64,000 bases of DNA from Candidatus Micrarchaeia archaeon (GTDB lineage Archaea > Micrarchaeota > Micrarchaeia > CABMEP01), in the NCBI GenBank assembly GCA_038886535.1, contig JAVZXS010000002.1:1-64000 (forward strand), written 5' to 3'. Both the position numbers and the translations under genes were made by a program. Of the stretch, positions 29,319 through 39,430 are shown piece by piece. Numbering within the stretch: the first letter of the stretch is position 1; every line of letters begins with the position of its first letter. The notes under the pieces were generated by a model. The model had not been told where the DNA came from. It saw nothing but the letters and a program-made list of their open reading frames with translations, and did no database searches.

Positions 29319-31013
29319 ATGAAAATAAAATTTGTAGAGAATGAATTATACATTAAAACAAAAAGTTGCAGAATATTCTCTATTTTAATTTTTATTTTAT
29401 TATCTTTTTCTACTCTCTTTTCATTTCCGATTGATGTAAAATGGAAGGTTCAAACAACACAGACTTCAACAGCACCAGTAATTGGACAGGATTATCTATT
29501 TTCAATTTCAGACTCTGGAAACGTGGTAGCATTTAATCGCTTCACAATGGCGAGAGTTTGGAATTTAGATCTAGGTAAAAGCGTGAAGTATCAATCAAGT
29601 TTCATAAGTAATATTCTTTTCGTTCCAGCTGGAAATACATTATTTGCAATTTCAAAAGATGGACAGATAATAGGAAACATATCATTTAATTCCACCATCT
29701 CTATTCCAGTTGTTCAGGTAGGTTCAAACTTAGTGGTTGCAACAAGGGATGGGAATGTTTATATAATATCGCAGCCAGGTAATACATTTACAAATAAAAA
29801 TATAATAAAAGCAACTAGATTAGATGGAGAAATAGATTCGTCTTTTACAGTAAGCGGAAATAAAATTTTCATAGCTACAGTTAGTGGTAAGATTTATTCA
29901 ATAGATCCGGCGGGTTCTCCAGTACTTTTATATGATCTTGGGTATTCGGTATGGCGATCAAGACTTGCCATTACTAATAATACAATTTATGTCCCAGCTG
30001 AGCACTCATTATATGGAGTTGACATGCAAGGTAAGCTTCTTATTGTAAAAAGAATTGCAGATGGCAATCTCAATTCAATAGCAACAGATGGAGAGAGGCT
30101 TTATATCGGTTCTGATGATGGTTATTTGTACTCTTTAGATCTTGAAGGGAATATCATTTGGAAGTTCAAAACAAACAATTCAATCAAAAGCGTTCCAGTT
30201 ATTCTTCAAGATTCAATTTTAATCTCTTCTAGGGACAACAACATATACAGCATAAATAAGAAAGGAAATCTTAAATGGAACATTTCAGTTTCAGATTGGC
30301 CAAGTGATATAGTTGAAGAAAGAGGAGTGTTTTATTCTACTGCATACGATGGAACAATTTATGTAGTCTCATTACTTTCATGCCAAATAACAAATCCTGA
30401 AGTCGGTTCTACTATTCTTCCAATTGTGACGGTAGCAGGTGATGCTTATTCAGAGAATGGGGTAAAATTAGTTCAAGTAAGAACAGTGCCGGGAGAATGG
30501 CAATCTGTTAATTTGCATGGAGATGGAAATAATTTAAGTTGGTCTGGAAATATTCAGATTACAGGATTTATAGAAGGAGAGGTGTCTCTTCAGTGCAGAG
30601 TGATAGACAAATATGATAATCAAGAGCAGTCTCCTTATTTCACTTCGACCTATAATTTTGTTTTCTCAGAAGAAAAACTACCTAAGATAAACGTTTCTTA
30701 TCCTTCGCAAGTTAATGTGAATCAGCCAATTATAATAAAATTCTTTACTACAGAAGGAGCTATCTTAACAGATGTTAATGTAAAAATTGGTGGAGAGACA
30801 TTTAAAGTGACAGATAAATCAGGACAGTTTACATATACTCCTGCAAAGGAGGGGGACTTAACTATTTATATTGAGAAATCAGGTTATCAACAGAGACAAA
30901 TACAAATAAAAGTTACAAAACCTTTAATTCAACCGATATATGTAGCGATAATATTTCTTGTTGCAGTAGCAATAGTCATATATTCCTCAATAAGAAAAGG
31001 AACTTGGAAATAA
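29319..31013 (+). CDS. Secreted, C-terminally anchored PQQ-type beta-propeller protein with Ig-like domains
   Basis: Signal peptide; repeats such as YIGSDDGYLYSLDLEGNIIWKF; C-terminal TM followed by basic tail. Confidence 0.85.
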   Translation: MKIKFVENELYIKTKSCRIFSILIFILLSFSTLFSFPIDVKWKVQTTQTSTAPVIGQDYLFSISDSGNVVAFNRFTMARVWNLDLGKSVKYQSSFISNILFVPAGNTLFAISKDGQIIGNISFNSTISIPVVQVGSNLVVATRDGNVYIISQPGNTFTNKNIIKATRLDGEIDSSFTVSGNKIFIATVSGKIYSIDPAGSPVLLYDLGYSVWRSRLAITNNTIYVPAEHSLYGVDMQGKLLIVKRIADGNLNSIATDGERLYIGSDDGYLYSLDLEGNIIWKFKTNNSIKSVPVILQDSILISSRDNNIYSINKKGNLKWNISVSDWPSDIVEERGVFYSTAYDGTIYVVSLLSCQITNPEVGSTILPIVTVAGDAYSENGVKLVQVRTVPGEWQSVNLHGDGNNLSWSGNIQITGFIEGEVSLQCRVIDKYDNQEQSPYFTSTYNFVFSEEKLPKINVSYPSQVNVNQPIIIKFFTTEGAILTDVNVKIGGETFKVTDKSGQFTYTPAKEGDLTIYIEKSGYQQRQIQIKVTKPLIQPIYVAIIFLVAVAIVIYSSIRKGTWK

Positions 31014-31641
31014 ATCCTGAATGGATGTATCTATTGTTAACCTCATTTAAAATATTTCTTTTTTCATTCCCACTTTTCCAAACAATATAGCTACAGATAA
31101 ACGTAAGAGAGAGGGTCATTATTGCTATTATTTCTATTCTTTCATTTGGAATTATTGGATGGGTTCCAATCAAATAGTCAAAAGCATCATTAAGCAAATA
31201 GAACCCAAATATTAGGAATAAATCCTTTTTCTTTATTTCTAATCCAGTTAAAGCAAGTCCTTCCAACACGAGACCAAGATGTGCGATAAATAAAATTGAG
31301 TAAGTAAAAGGATCAGAAACAAGAAAGTAATTATAATAAAATAGGATTACAAACATAGTCCATGTTCCATATTTAATTGAACCGACTGCAGTGAAGTTAG
31401 TAAGGAATCTAAATAGTCCAAATAATTTTTGGTTAGTGGGATTTTCTTCTTTTCTCCATATATCTCTTAATTTCCAGATTAATATAATCCCAACTAACAA
31501 TGCTTGTAAAGGACAGTCAATTATTAATAGCCAGTATAAAAAATTCCAATCAGAAAGTTGATCTGAATAATAGTAGACACCATATAAAAATCCTATAAAA
31601 TTTATAACTGCTATAATCAAGAGTAGATTTCCTTCTTGCAT
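30976..31641 (-). CDS. DUF1405-like membrane protein
   Basis: YYYSDQL, IDCPL, IKYGTW, NDAFDYLIGTHP. Confidence 0.8.
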   Translation of the reverse strand: MQEGNLLLIIAVINFIGFLYGVYYYSDQLSDWNFLYWLLIIDCPLQALLVGIILIWKLRDIWRKEENPTNQKLFGLFRFLTNFTAVGSIKYGTWTMFVILFYYNYFLVSDPFTYSILFIAHLGLVLEGLALTGLEIKKKDLFLIFGFYLLNDAFDYLIGTHPIIPNERIEIIAIMTLSLTFICSYIVWKSGNEKRNILNEVNNRYIHSGFISKFLFLLRNI

Positions 31642-31676
31642 TTTGTCACTTTCTATCTTTACAGAATTTATAAGAA

Positions 31677-32156
31677 TTATTCTTTAATAATTTTTATAGG
31701 CACTCCTCCAACAAAACTGTTTTGTCTAACATCCTTATTCACAAGGGACATCGCAGATATCTTAGCATTATTTCCTATCTTAACTCCTGGAAGTATTGTG
31801 CAATTTGCCCCTATCATAACATTTTTACCTATATCAACATTTCCTATTCTTAATTCTTCCTGTAAGAATTCATGTGTCAATATTGTAGAATTAAATCCTA
31901 TAATAGTGTTATCTTCTATTTTGATTAGTTCAGGAAAAAATATGTCAAACGTGACACCTAATCCAATTGATACGTTCTTACCTATCTTCATTCCAGTCAT
32001 TTTGTAAAGTAATCTTTTGATTGTCAATGAAGGCATGTATTTAGCAAGATATATCAATATGAAATTATATATTATTATCAAAGGGTTTTTTACTTTATAC
32101 CAATAAAGAAGCGAATTTCCTTTTCCAGAGAATCTTATGGATTTGAGTCTTCTCAT
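31677..32156 (-). CDS. Hexapeptide-repeat (left-handed beta-helix) acyltransferase
   Basis: GMKIGKNVSIG, ILTHEF, IGANCTILPGVKIG, GGVP. Confidence 0.92.
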   Translation of the reverse strand: MRRLKSIRFSGKGNSLLYWYKVKNPLIIIYNFILIYLAKYMPSLTIKRLLYKMTGMKIGKNVSIGLGVTFDIFFPELIKIEDNTIIGFNSTILTHEFLQEELRIGNVDIGKNVMIGANCTILPGVKIGNNAKISAMSLVNKDVRQNSFVGGVPIKIIKE

Positions 32157-32281
32157 TTAATCACTCTTTTTTAAATTATTTAGTTTAATCCATAAAACAA
32201 TATATTTTTAAATTATCGCATTGTATATATCTTATCTATTGTAGTAATTATTAAATATACGCGCAGATCTTTATATCTGTT

Positions 32282-32311
32282 GCCCGTATAACCGCATTCT
32301 GCGGGAGGGTG
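32282..32311 (+). promoter_or_regulatory. Structured 5' leader of rpl1; candidate uL1 autoregulatory site overlapping the SD sequence
   Basis: GCCC-GTATAA-CCGCA-TTC-TGCGG-GA-GGGT forms two helices around an asymmetric internal loop. Confidence 0.5.
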
Positions 32312-32317
32312 TTTTAA

Positions 32318-32950
32318 ATGATTAATGATGAGAGCATTAAACAGGCTATTTCAAAAGCTTTAGAAGAAAAGGGTTCAAGAAAGTTTGTACAGTCTGTTGA
32401 GATGGCTGTGAATTTTAAAAACATAGACATGTCAAAACAGGAGAACAAGCTTAATCTTGAAGTTACACTTCCAAAAGGAAGAGGAAAAAACATAAACTTA
32501 GTTGTATTTGCAGATGGCAACGTTGCAGCTGATGCAAAGGCAGCAGGAGCAGAATTTGTAATAGGTAGCGATCAAATTCCAAAATATAAGAAATCAGACA
32601 TAAAAAGACTTGCAAAGAATTCAGAGTTTTTTGCACAACCTCAATTAATGGTAGTAGTTGGTAAGCATTTTGGTCAGATTCTTGGTGGAAGAGGAAAGAT
32701 TCCAAAGCCTCTTGTTGGAAATATTTCTGCAATGCTTAAGAATGCGAGAAATATTGTAAAGATAAGATCAAGAGGAAAGTTCCTTCCAGTTGTTCACTGT
32801 GCTATCGGAACAGAAAATATGTCTGTAGAGGACCTTACTGAAAACGCGAAAGCAGTTCTCAATGCAATAAGAAATAAATTCGGTGGAGACTCAGTAATAA
32901 AATCAGTTGTAATTAAACTTTCCATGGGTAAACCAGTTAAAGTCGAATAA
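32318..32950 (+). CDS. rpl1: 50S ribosomal protein uL1
   Basis: RKFVQSVE, LPKGRG, GRGKIPKP, KLSMGKP. Confidence 0.97.
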   Translation: MINDESIKQAISKALEEKGSRKFVQSVEMAVNFKNIDMSKQENKLNLEVTLPKGRGKNINLVVFADGNVAADAKAAGAEFVIGSDQIPKYKKSDIKRLAKNSEFFAQPQLMVVVGKHFGQILGGRGKIPKPLVGNISAMLKNARNIVKIRSRGKFLPVVHCAIGTENMSVEDLTENAKAVLNAIRNKFGGDSVIKSVVIKLSMGKPVKVE

Positions 32951-32966
32951 ATAAAAGGTGATATTT

Positions 32967-33806
32967 ATGGTAAGCGCACTTGAAATTAAAAAGCAAAAAG
33001 TAAATGAAATAGCTAATCAATTAAAAACAGCAAAAGTTGTTGCAGTTGTAGATTTGCATACTTTACCAAATGCTCTTTTACATCAGATAAGAAAAGAACT
33101 AAAAGGTGAAGCAAAAATTATAATATATAAAACATCTCTTCTTAGAAGAGCACTTAAACTTGCAAAACTAAACGAATTACTTCCAGCCATGAAAGGAGAG
33201 AAAGCACTGCTCATTACAAATACAGACCCATTCAAACTTTACAAAAAGATGAACGCAAATCCATTGAAGGTTTATGCAAAGCCTGGCCAAATAGCTCCTT
33301 ATGATATAATTGTACCTGCTGGAGAAACACAGTTGTCACCCGGTCCGATCCTGACAGAGCTTAAGAGTGCAGGAATAGATGCAAGAATACAGGGAGGAAA
33401 GGTCGCAGTTGGAAAGGATTCTTTAGTGGCGAAGAAGGGTGAAGTTATAAAGGACGTGGTGGCTAAGGCATTACAAAAATTAGATATAAGGCCTTTTGAA
33501 GTAAGAGTACATGTTCCTCTTGCATATGAAGGTGGAATAGTATACAGCGAAGAGCTTCTCAATGTTGACGAGAAGAAATTATTATCAGATATAGCAGCCG
33601 GATACTTTAATGCAAGAGCAATTTCAATGGAGATTGGATATGTAACAAAAGACACAATAGAACCTTTGATGCAGAAGGCATATCGCAATGCAAGATATAT
33701 TGGAATTGAGAGAGATATTATGCTTCCTGAATTAATGGAAGAATTGATGAAGAAGGCAGCAAGGCAGGCACAGTCTGTAAATTCAGTAGTGCCTAATGCT
33801 GCATGA
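32967..33806 (+). CDS. rpl10: 50S ribosomal protein uL10 (P0)
   Basis: AKPGQIAPYDIIVPAGET..PGP; between rpl1 and rpl12; ATG at 32967. Confidence 0.96.
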   Translation: MVSALEIKKQKVNEIANQLKTAKVVAVVDLHTLPNALLHQIRKELKGEAKIIIYKTSLLRRALKLAKLNELLPAMKGEKALLITNTDPFKLYKKMNANPLKVYAKPGQIAPYDIIVPAGETQLSPGPILTELKSAGIDARIQGGKVAVGKDSLVAKKGEVIKDVVAKALQKLDIRPFEVRVHVPLAYEGGIVYSEELLNVDEKKLLSDIAAGYFNARAISMEIGYVTKDTIEPLMQKAYRNARYIGIERDIMLPELMEELMKKAARQAQSVNSVVPNAA

Positions 33807-33837
33807 TCATCAAATTAGATGTTTTTGAGGTGAATTT

Positions 33838-34137
33838 ATGGAGTATATCTACGCTGCTTTGTTGTTGCACGCAGGCAAGAAAGAAATAACAGAGGATGCA
33901 TTGAATGCAACCGTAAAGGCTGCTGGCTTGACACCAGATCCAGCAAAGGCAAAGATGGTGGTTACAGCTCTACAAGGAGCAAACATAGATGAGATATTAA
34001 AGAACGCATCTATGCCAGTTGCAATAGCAGCTCCATCTGGTGGCGCAGCTCCAGCTGAAGCAAAGAAAGAAGAGAAGAAAGAGGAGAAGAAGACAGAAGA
34101 AGAAGCAGCAGCAGGACTTGGTAGCCTGTTCGGCTAA
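33838..34137 (+). CDS. rpl12: Ribosomal stalk protein P1 (aL12)
   Basis: [11 protein letters not shown] start and C-terminal [10 protein letters not shown]. Confidence 0.98.
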   Translation: MEYIYAALLLHAGKKEITEDALNATVKAAGLTPDPAKAKMVVTALQGANIDEILKNASMPVAIAAPSGGAAPAEAKKEEKKEEKKTEEEAAAGLGSLFG

Positions 34138-34268
34138 TTCTTCTATTTTCTTTTTTATTTTATTGTCAGTAATCTTTCTCTATTTTTTCTTGTTTTCTGG
34201 TTTTTCTTAAGACTCTAAAATCTGCCTATTCACAAAAGAGATATAAAATTTTGTTTCATAATTATATT

Positions 34269-35365
34269 ATGCAGATTCAATCTTTAGGTAAGCATGTTAA
34301 TAATGAGCATTTTTTTAATACATTAATATTTTCTGCATTAGTAAATGCACAGAAAGAGGTCGATTCCGAGAATTATATTTCAAAAATCCAATTAAGTAAG
34401 GGAGCAGAAGAGTTATTTAAAAAATTAGGTCTCAATGGCAGTTCAGATTTACTCACTTTTTTTGGAAAACAAAATAAGACCATGTTTTTTTATTTCAAAA
34501 GGGTGTGTTGATTGATCTTAGGATCTTAAAAGAAGAGGATAAGGCATATGTGCAATTTAATTTTAATCCGTTAATAAATTTCTTTAAATTAACGCCAGAT
34601 GCTGAAAAGGTAATAGCAATAGTTTCAAGATTGGAGAAAACTAAAAGAAAGAACTTCAACTATAATTTTTTAGTTACCACTACAGATATGAATTCATTGG
34701 TTAATGAAATTAAAAAATACACAAACGATAAAATTGAATACAAACAAATAGGAAAGGATAAGTTTAATGTTACCATTACAAGAGGCGATCCAAAAATAAG
34801 AGAAATTAGCGAAAATGCTAAGTCAGATGCATTTGCATGTCTGGCAAATATTTATTTCAGCAAAAGCAAAAGGAAACAGTTTGTTAATTTTCTTGTAGAT
34901 TTGTGGAATGCACCCTACAATGATTTCGAAAGTAGAAGAGCAATAGAGGAGGTGTTTTCAAAAGCAAGTTGGAAGGTGTGGAGTGAAATAAAGAATCATT
35001 TACCTGCTGCAATAAGGGACCAAATCGCTAAGAAGAGAGAAAAGGCTCTGCCAAAAGAGAGATTGGAAGAGGTGAAAAAAGAAATCGCTTTTAGTAAGAG
35101 ATACAAACAGTTAGAAAAAATTATTTCATCTATCAAAGAAGTAGAATCAAGTAATAAAGAACTTAAAGACGATCTAAAGAAGCTAAGAAAGGAGATTAAG
35201 AAAATATTAAAGATAGCTAAAGAAGAAAATAAAGAAGATGTAATAAAGAAAGAGATAGAAAGCTATGCAGCAAGAAATCTAAGAGAGGATTGGTATTTAC
35301 ATTTAGAAGAAATATTCAAATTTAGGACATTTTTATCCAAGAAATATTCAAACGTTTTAAAGTGA
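34269..35365 (+). CDS. Hypothetical protein split into two overlapping ORFs (34269..34511 and 34505..35365), possibly by a frameshift in a T7 run
   Basis: One extra T in 34485-34491 fuses the frames; the C-terminal part is Lys/Glu-rich. Confidence 0.5.
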
Positions 35366-35367
35366 TT

Positions 35368-36081
35368 TTATTTCGTTTTAATGATTCGCAATAATCTTCC
35401 ATTAAGTCTGTTTAGATTAATTTCCAACACTCCTTTTTGTATTCCTATCGGTTTTCCTAATCCTTTTTTAATTGCTTTTCTATAATCCTCAATAGTATCT
35501 ACATTAGCAAATGTATACACGCTCCCTATCTCTCTTAGGATATGCGCATCGCTGCCACCGATTTGTGGAATTTTATTCTTTGTTGCGTATTCTATTGCCT
35601 TTCCATTTTCTTTTGCGTTACACCTTCCATTTATTGACTCTATCACATCAAGTTTTATCTTTCTTTCGGATAAAAATTGCAACATATTTTGTTTTCGAAA
35701 CATACCTGAGAATGGATGGGGTATTGCAGCAATCCCATTTCTTTCATGAATCTGCTCAATTATTTCTTCAACATTTTCAGGAGTCTGTTCTTCTTTTTTT
35801 ATTTTCAGGTCTTCGTCTAAAAAAAGAGCAAGGATCTCACCAATTTTCTTTCCTTTCTTTTCACCAAACTTTGGTTTCTTTCTTATCACTATTTCTTTTC
35901 CTGCAACAAATACAAGTCCAAGTACCTTTGCAGCCTTTTTTCCTCTTTCCCATCCAGAAGAGGTGTCATGGTCTGTTATAGCAAATCCATTCAGGCCAAG
36001 CGCCTTTGCTCTTGAAGCTATTTCTTCAGGGCTGCAGCATCCATCAGAGTATATCGAGTGAATATGAAGATCAAGTTTCAT
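35368..36081 (-). CDS. PHP-domain metal-dependent phosphoesterase
   Basis: DLHIHSIYSDG, AITDHD, PHP, GGSDAH. Confidence 0.93.
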   Translation of the reverse strand: MKLDLHIHSIYSDGCCSPEEIASRAKALGLNGFAITDHDTSSGWERGKKAAKVLGLVFVAGKEIVIRKKPKFGEKKGKKIGEILALFLDEDLKIKKEEQTPENVEEIIEQIHERNGIAAIPHPFSGMFRKQNMLQFLSERKIKLDVIESINGRCNAKENGKAIEYATKNKIPQIGGSDAHILREIGSVYTFANVDTIEDYRKAIKKGLGKPIGIQKGVLEINLNRLNGRLLRIIKTK

Positions 36082-36133
36082 TAATAATCTATTTGTATGA
36101 TAACATTTTATATCTTATTTTATAATATTTAAT

Positions 36134-36634
36134 ATGGACACTAAAAACATTGGGGATGGAAAAGTAGAGAAATACTATCTTTCATGGGAAAAAATAGAAA
36201 AAATGTGTCAGGACATAGCGAACCAAATAGAAAGGCAGAATATAAAAATAGATAAGATAATAGCAATAAGCAGAGGAGGACTTATTCCAGGAAGAATACT
36301 CTCCAGTATTCTTAAAAATAATAATTTGTCCACTATAAGGGTTACATTTTATACAAAACCGGGCGTGGCTAAAGAGAGGCCTCACCTAGCAGAGGACCTT
36401 TCAACAGATGTTACAGACAAGAAGGTGCTTATTGTTGATGACGTTGTTGAATCTGGAAAGACGCTTTCTCTTACATATAATTACCTTAAAGAAAGAGGAG
36501 TTAAAAAAGTGTATACCGCAGCTCTTATTGATAAAACTGTTGATGGAAAAGAAAAAATTATGTCTCCAGATTTTTATTCGGAAAAGATCGCTAATAAGTG
36601 GATCGTTTATCCTTGGGAAAAATTTGAAGAATGA
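36134..36634 (+). CDS. Purine phosphoribosyltransferase (type I PRTase)
   Basis: ISRGGLIP, LIVDDVVESGKTL PRPP loop, WIVYPWE. Confidence 0.93.
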   Translation: MDTKNIGDGKVEKYYLSWEKIEKMCQDIANQIERQNIKIDKIIAISRGGLIPGRILSSILKNNNLSTIRVTFYTKPGVAKERPHLAEDLSTDVTDKKVLIVDDVVESGKTLSLTYNYLKERGVKKVYTAALIDKTVDGKEKIMSPDFYSEKIANKWIVYPWEKFEE

Positions 36635-36657
36635 TAATTTTAGCAATTAACAATAAA

Positions 36658-37311
36658 TCACTCATTTTTGGGATATCCGAATCTTCCTACTAGAGGAACA
36701 AACATAACAGGCAAAATAGCTCTTGTAGTGATGCCTCCATTTTCATTCTTTTCAACTAAAACAAGATCCTGCCAGTATCCTATGCCAACCGGAATAAGCA
36801 TCTTTCCTCCTTTCTTCAATTGTTCTAATAGAGGTGGTGGGATCTGCGGGGCACCAGCAGATACAATTATTCTGTCAAAAGGTGACCTTTCCTGCAATCC
36901 TTCAGTTCCATCCTTTACAATTATCTCAACATTTTCAATTCCCAGCTGCTTTATTATCTGCTTTGCATTCTCCGCAAGTTCTTTTATTCTTTCTATAGAA
37001 TATATTTTTCCATTATTTCCTACAAGCTTTGCCAATAAACACGTCTGCCATCCAGATCCAGTTCCAACCTCAAGCACAGTCATTCCTTCCTTAACATTTA
37101 ATTCTTTAAGCATTATTCCAACCATGGAAGGGGCAGAGATTGTTTGTCCAAATCCAATAGGTAAAGGAAGATCCAGATAGCTTGAATCTTTTAGCTCAGC
37201 CGGGATAAACAATTCTCTTTTAATTTCTCTCATTGCTGAAGCTATCTTTTCATCAATATAATTATTTTTAAAAAGATATTCTATCATTATGCTATTCTTG
37301 TCTTCTTTCAT
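36658..37311 (-). CDS. pcm: Protein-L-isoaspartate O-methyltransferase
   Basis: GQTISAP, VLEVGTGSGW, PFDRIIVSAG, FVPLVG. Confidence 0.96.
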   Translation of the reverse strand: MKEDKNSIMIEYLFKNNYIDEKIASAMREIKRELFIPAELKDSSYLDLPLPIGFGQTISAPSMVGIMLKELNVKEGMTVLEVGTGSGWQTCLLAKLVGNNGKIYSIERIKELAENAKQIIKQLGIENVEIIVKDGTEGLQERSPFDRIIVSAGAPQIPPPLLEQLKKGGKMLIPVGIGYWQDLVLVEKNENGGITTRAILPVMFVPLVGRFGYPKNE

Positions 37312-37434
37312 AGAATCACATAATAATAAAGATATAAATATCTTAATGTCTACTACTATATTAAAATATAATCAAACATCATCTCAAGAATTCTAATTAT
37401 ATTTATTCATTTTTAGTTTTTTACAGGTGTTTTT

Positions 37435-37623
37435 ATGAAGTGTATAATAAATGGAAAATCAAATAATATAAGATTTGAAGGAACAGTTCAGGAACTTCTA
37501 AGCAAGCTTGGAATAAGCGAGCAAATAGTGATTGTTAAGGTCAATGGGAAGATTGTCACAGAATTAGATAAAGTTTCCAATCAAGATAATGTTGAAATCC
37601 AGAAAGTAATACTTGGTGGATGA
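37435..37623 (+). CDS. ThiS/MoaD-family ubiquitin-like sulfur carrier (SAMP-like)
   Basis: 62 aa beta-grasp-like pattern, VKVNG, C-terminal GG; adjacent to the tRNA thiolase. Confidence 0.9.
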   Translation: MKCIINGKSNNIRFEGTVQELLSKLGISEQIVIVKVNGKIVTELDKVSNQDNVEIQKVILGG

Positions 37624-37639
37624 TTTAAAGGTGTTAACA

Positions 37640-38587
37640 GTGGTTAAATGTTCTTTCTGCAGTAAGCAGGCAGTAATCCATCTATCATATTCAAATACAA
37701 ATCTATGCGAGAAGCATCTTGTTTATTCAGTGGAAAGAAGGGTGAAACGCACGATCAGGGAATATGGGATGTTGGACGGAGCCAAACATGTGGGAGTAGC
37801 GGTTTCTGGTGGAAAAGACAGCCAAGTTCTTTTGTATCTTCTAAACAAGATAGCAAAGCCAATGAGAATAAAGCTTACTGCCATACTTGTGGATGAAGGA
37901 ATAGAAGGATATAGAGATAAGATCATACCAGAGGCCAAGAAGCTTGCTTCTGAGCTTGAAGTCCCTTTAGAAATAGTGACATTCAAAGAGCTAACAGAAC
38001 ATACTCTAGATGAGATAATGTCGATAGAGAAAGAAAGGAGGGAGGATTCATCGTGTACATATTGCGGTGTATTCAGGAGATACGCATTAAACCTTGCAGC
38101 AAAGAGATTAGGGGTTGATAGATTAGCTATAGGGCATAATCTTGACGATATGGTTCAGAGCTATCTAATGAATATATTAAGAAATGAGGGTTTGCTTTTT
38201 AGATTCAAGCCTATGGGTGGCGCAATAGAAGATGAGAGATTTGTTATGAGGATAAGGCCTCTTTTCAAGATTCCAGAGAAAGAGATAGCAGTCTATGCTG
38301 TTGTAAAGGGTTTCAAGTCTGTATTTGTGGAGTGTCCTTATGTCAATGAAGGCCTAAGGCCTTTGGTGCGTGATTTCATCAATTTAGCTGAATCTAGATA
38401 TCCAGGAACAAAGTTTAAGATTCTTCAAAATTATTTAGAGACAAGCAGTGTGATTTCAGACAAATTCGATTCTAGTAGAAAAGAAAAGAAAATAAACAGC
38501 TGCTCAATTTGTGGAGAACCAACTTCAGGTTCAATATGCAAAGCATGCAGCCTTTTGGAAAAATTGAAAAGAGAGAAGCGAGTGTAA
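37640..38587 (+). CDS. tRNA 2-thiolation protein (NcsA/TtuA family)
   Basis: N- and C-terminal Zn fingers, SGGKDS PP-loop, CTYCGVFRR, GHNLDD, CPY; likely GTG start 37640. Confidence 0.94.
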   Translation: MVKCSFCSKQAVIHLSYSNTNLCEKHLVYSVERRVKRTIREYGMLDGAKHVGVAVSGGKDSQVLLYLLNKIAKPMRIKLTAILVDEGIEGYRDKIIPEAKKLASELEVPLEIVTFKELTEHTLDEIMSIEKERREDSSCTYCGVFRRYALNLAAKRLGVDRLAIGHNLDDMVQSYLMNILRNEGLLFRFKPMGGAIEDERFVMRIRPLFKIPEKEIAVYAVVKGFKSVFVECPYVNEGLRPLVRDFINLAESRYPGTKFKILQNYLETSSVISDKFDSSRKEKKINSCSICGEPTSGSICKACSLLEKLKREKRV

Positions 38588-38602
38588 AATATTAGAAAAA
38601 TA

Positions 38603-39355
38603 CTAGATTTTGTTTATAGAATTGATTATATCTATAATTTGAGTTAAATCCTCAATCATATAATCTGCTTTTGGACCTTTCGCCTCATCGCTGTTGCATT
38701 TTCTATTAAGATATACTGTAATAAGGCCAGCATCTTTTGATGGCTCAATATCATTCGAATAGCTGTCGCCAACCATTATTATTTCTTTTACATCCCTGCC
38801 TAATTTTGAAGCTATCCATAGGAAATATTCTTTTGTTTTTATATCTATACTTTGGCATAATTTGTTCTCTTGAATATACTGCTCAGTTACAAATATTTCA
38901 TCTATAAGCATGTTTAAATTCGTCCAATTTATTTTATCTATTTGTTTATGTGTGATTCCTGCTGTAGCTATTCCAATACAAAGTCCTTTTTTCTTAAGAG
39001 AAGTCAGAGTTTCTATCACCTCGTTGTACAGGAAAGCGAAATATGCATATTTTGTTTTATGATGCGCACTTATTCCTGCTGTCGCTATCCTATCAATCTT
39101 TAGCTGGTCATTTATTCCCAAGTTTTTGCAAACTATCATTGCGGTTTCATCAATAAGCTTCCCATAATTAGATCCTTTTTCTTTTCTTATCTTTTCCATT
39201 GTTTCCTCAAGCACTTTTCTTGACAACTTTATTCTGAACTTTTCAGTTGCCTCTGACTGCATTCCAATTATCACTGCTCTTTTTGAAAGCTCCTTGTATT
39301 CATTTGTATTCAAAATTGTATTATCCCAGTCAAACAAAACAGTTGTTATTGCCAT
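38603..39355 (-). CDS. HAD-superfamily hydrolase
   Basis: FDWDNT motif I, MVGDSYSNDI motif IV. Confidence 0.9.
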   Translation of the reverse strand: MAITTVLFDWDNTILNTNEYKELSKRAVIIGMQSEATEKFRIKLSRKVLEETMEKIRKEKGSNYGKLIDETAMIVCKNLGINDQLKIDRIATAGISAHHKTKYAYFAFLYNEVIETLTSLKKKGLCIGIATAGITHKQIDKINWTNLNMLIDEIFVTEQYIQENKLCQSIDIKTKEYFLWIASKLGRDVKEIIMVGDSYSNDIEPSKDAGLITVYLNRKCNSDEAKGPKADYMIEDLTQIIDIINSINKI

Positions 39356-39430
39356 GAAATAAAGACACAAGACAAATATAAATACATTTCGCCTATATTA
39401 TTTTTAGATTTAATATATGGTGGTGTAGTT

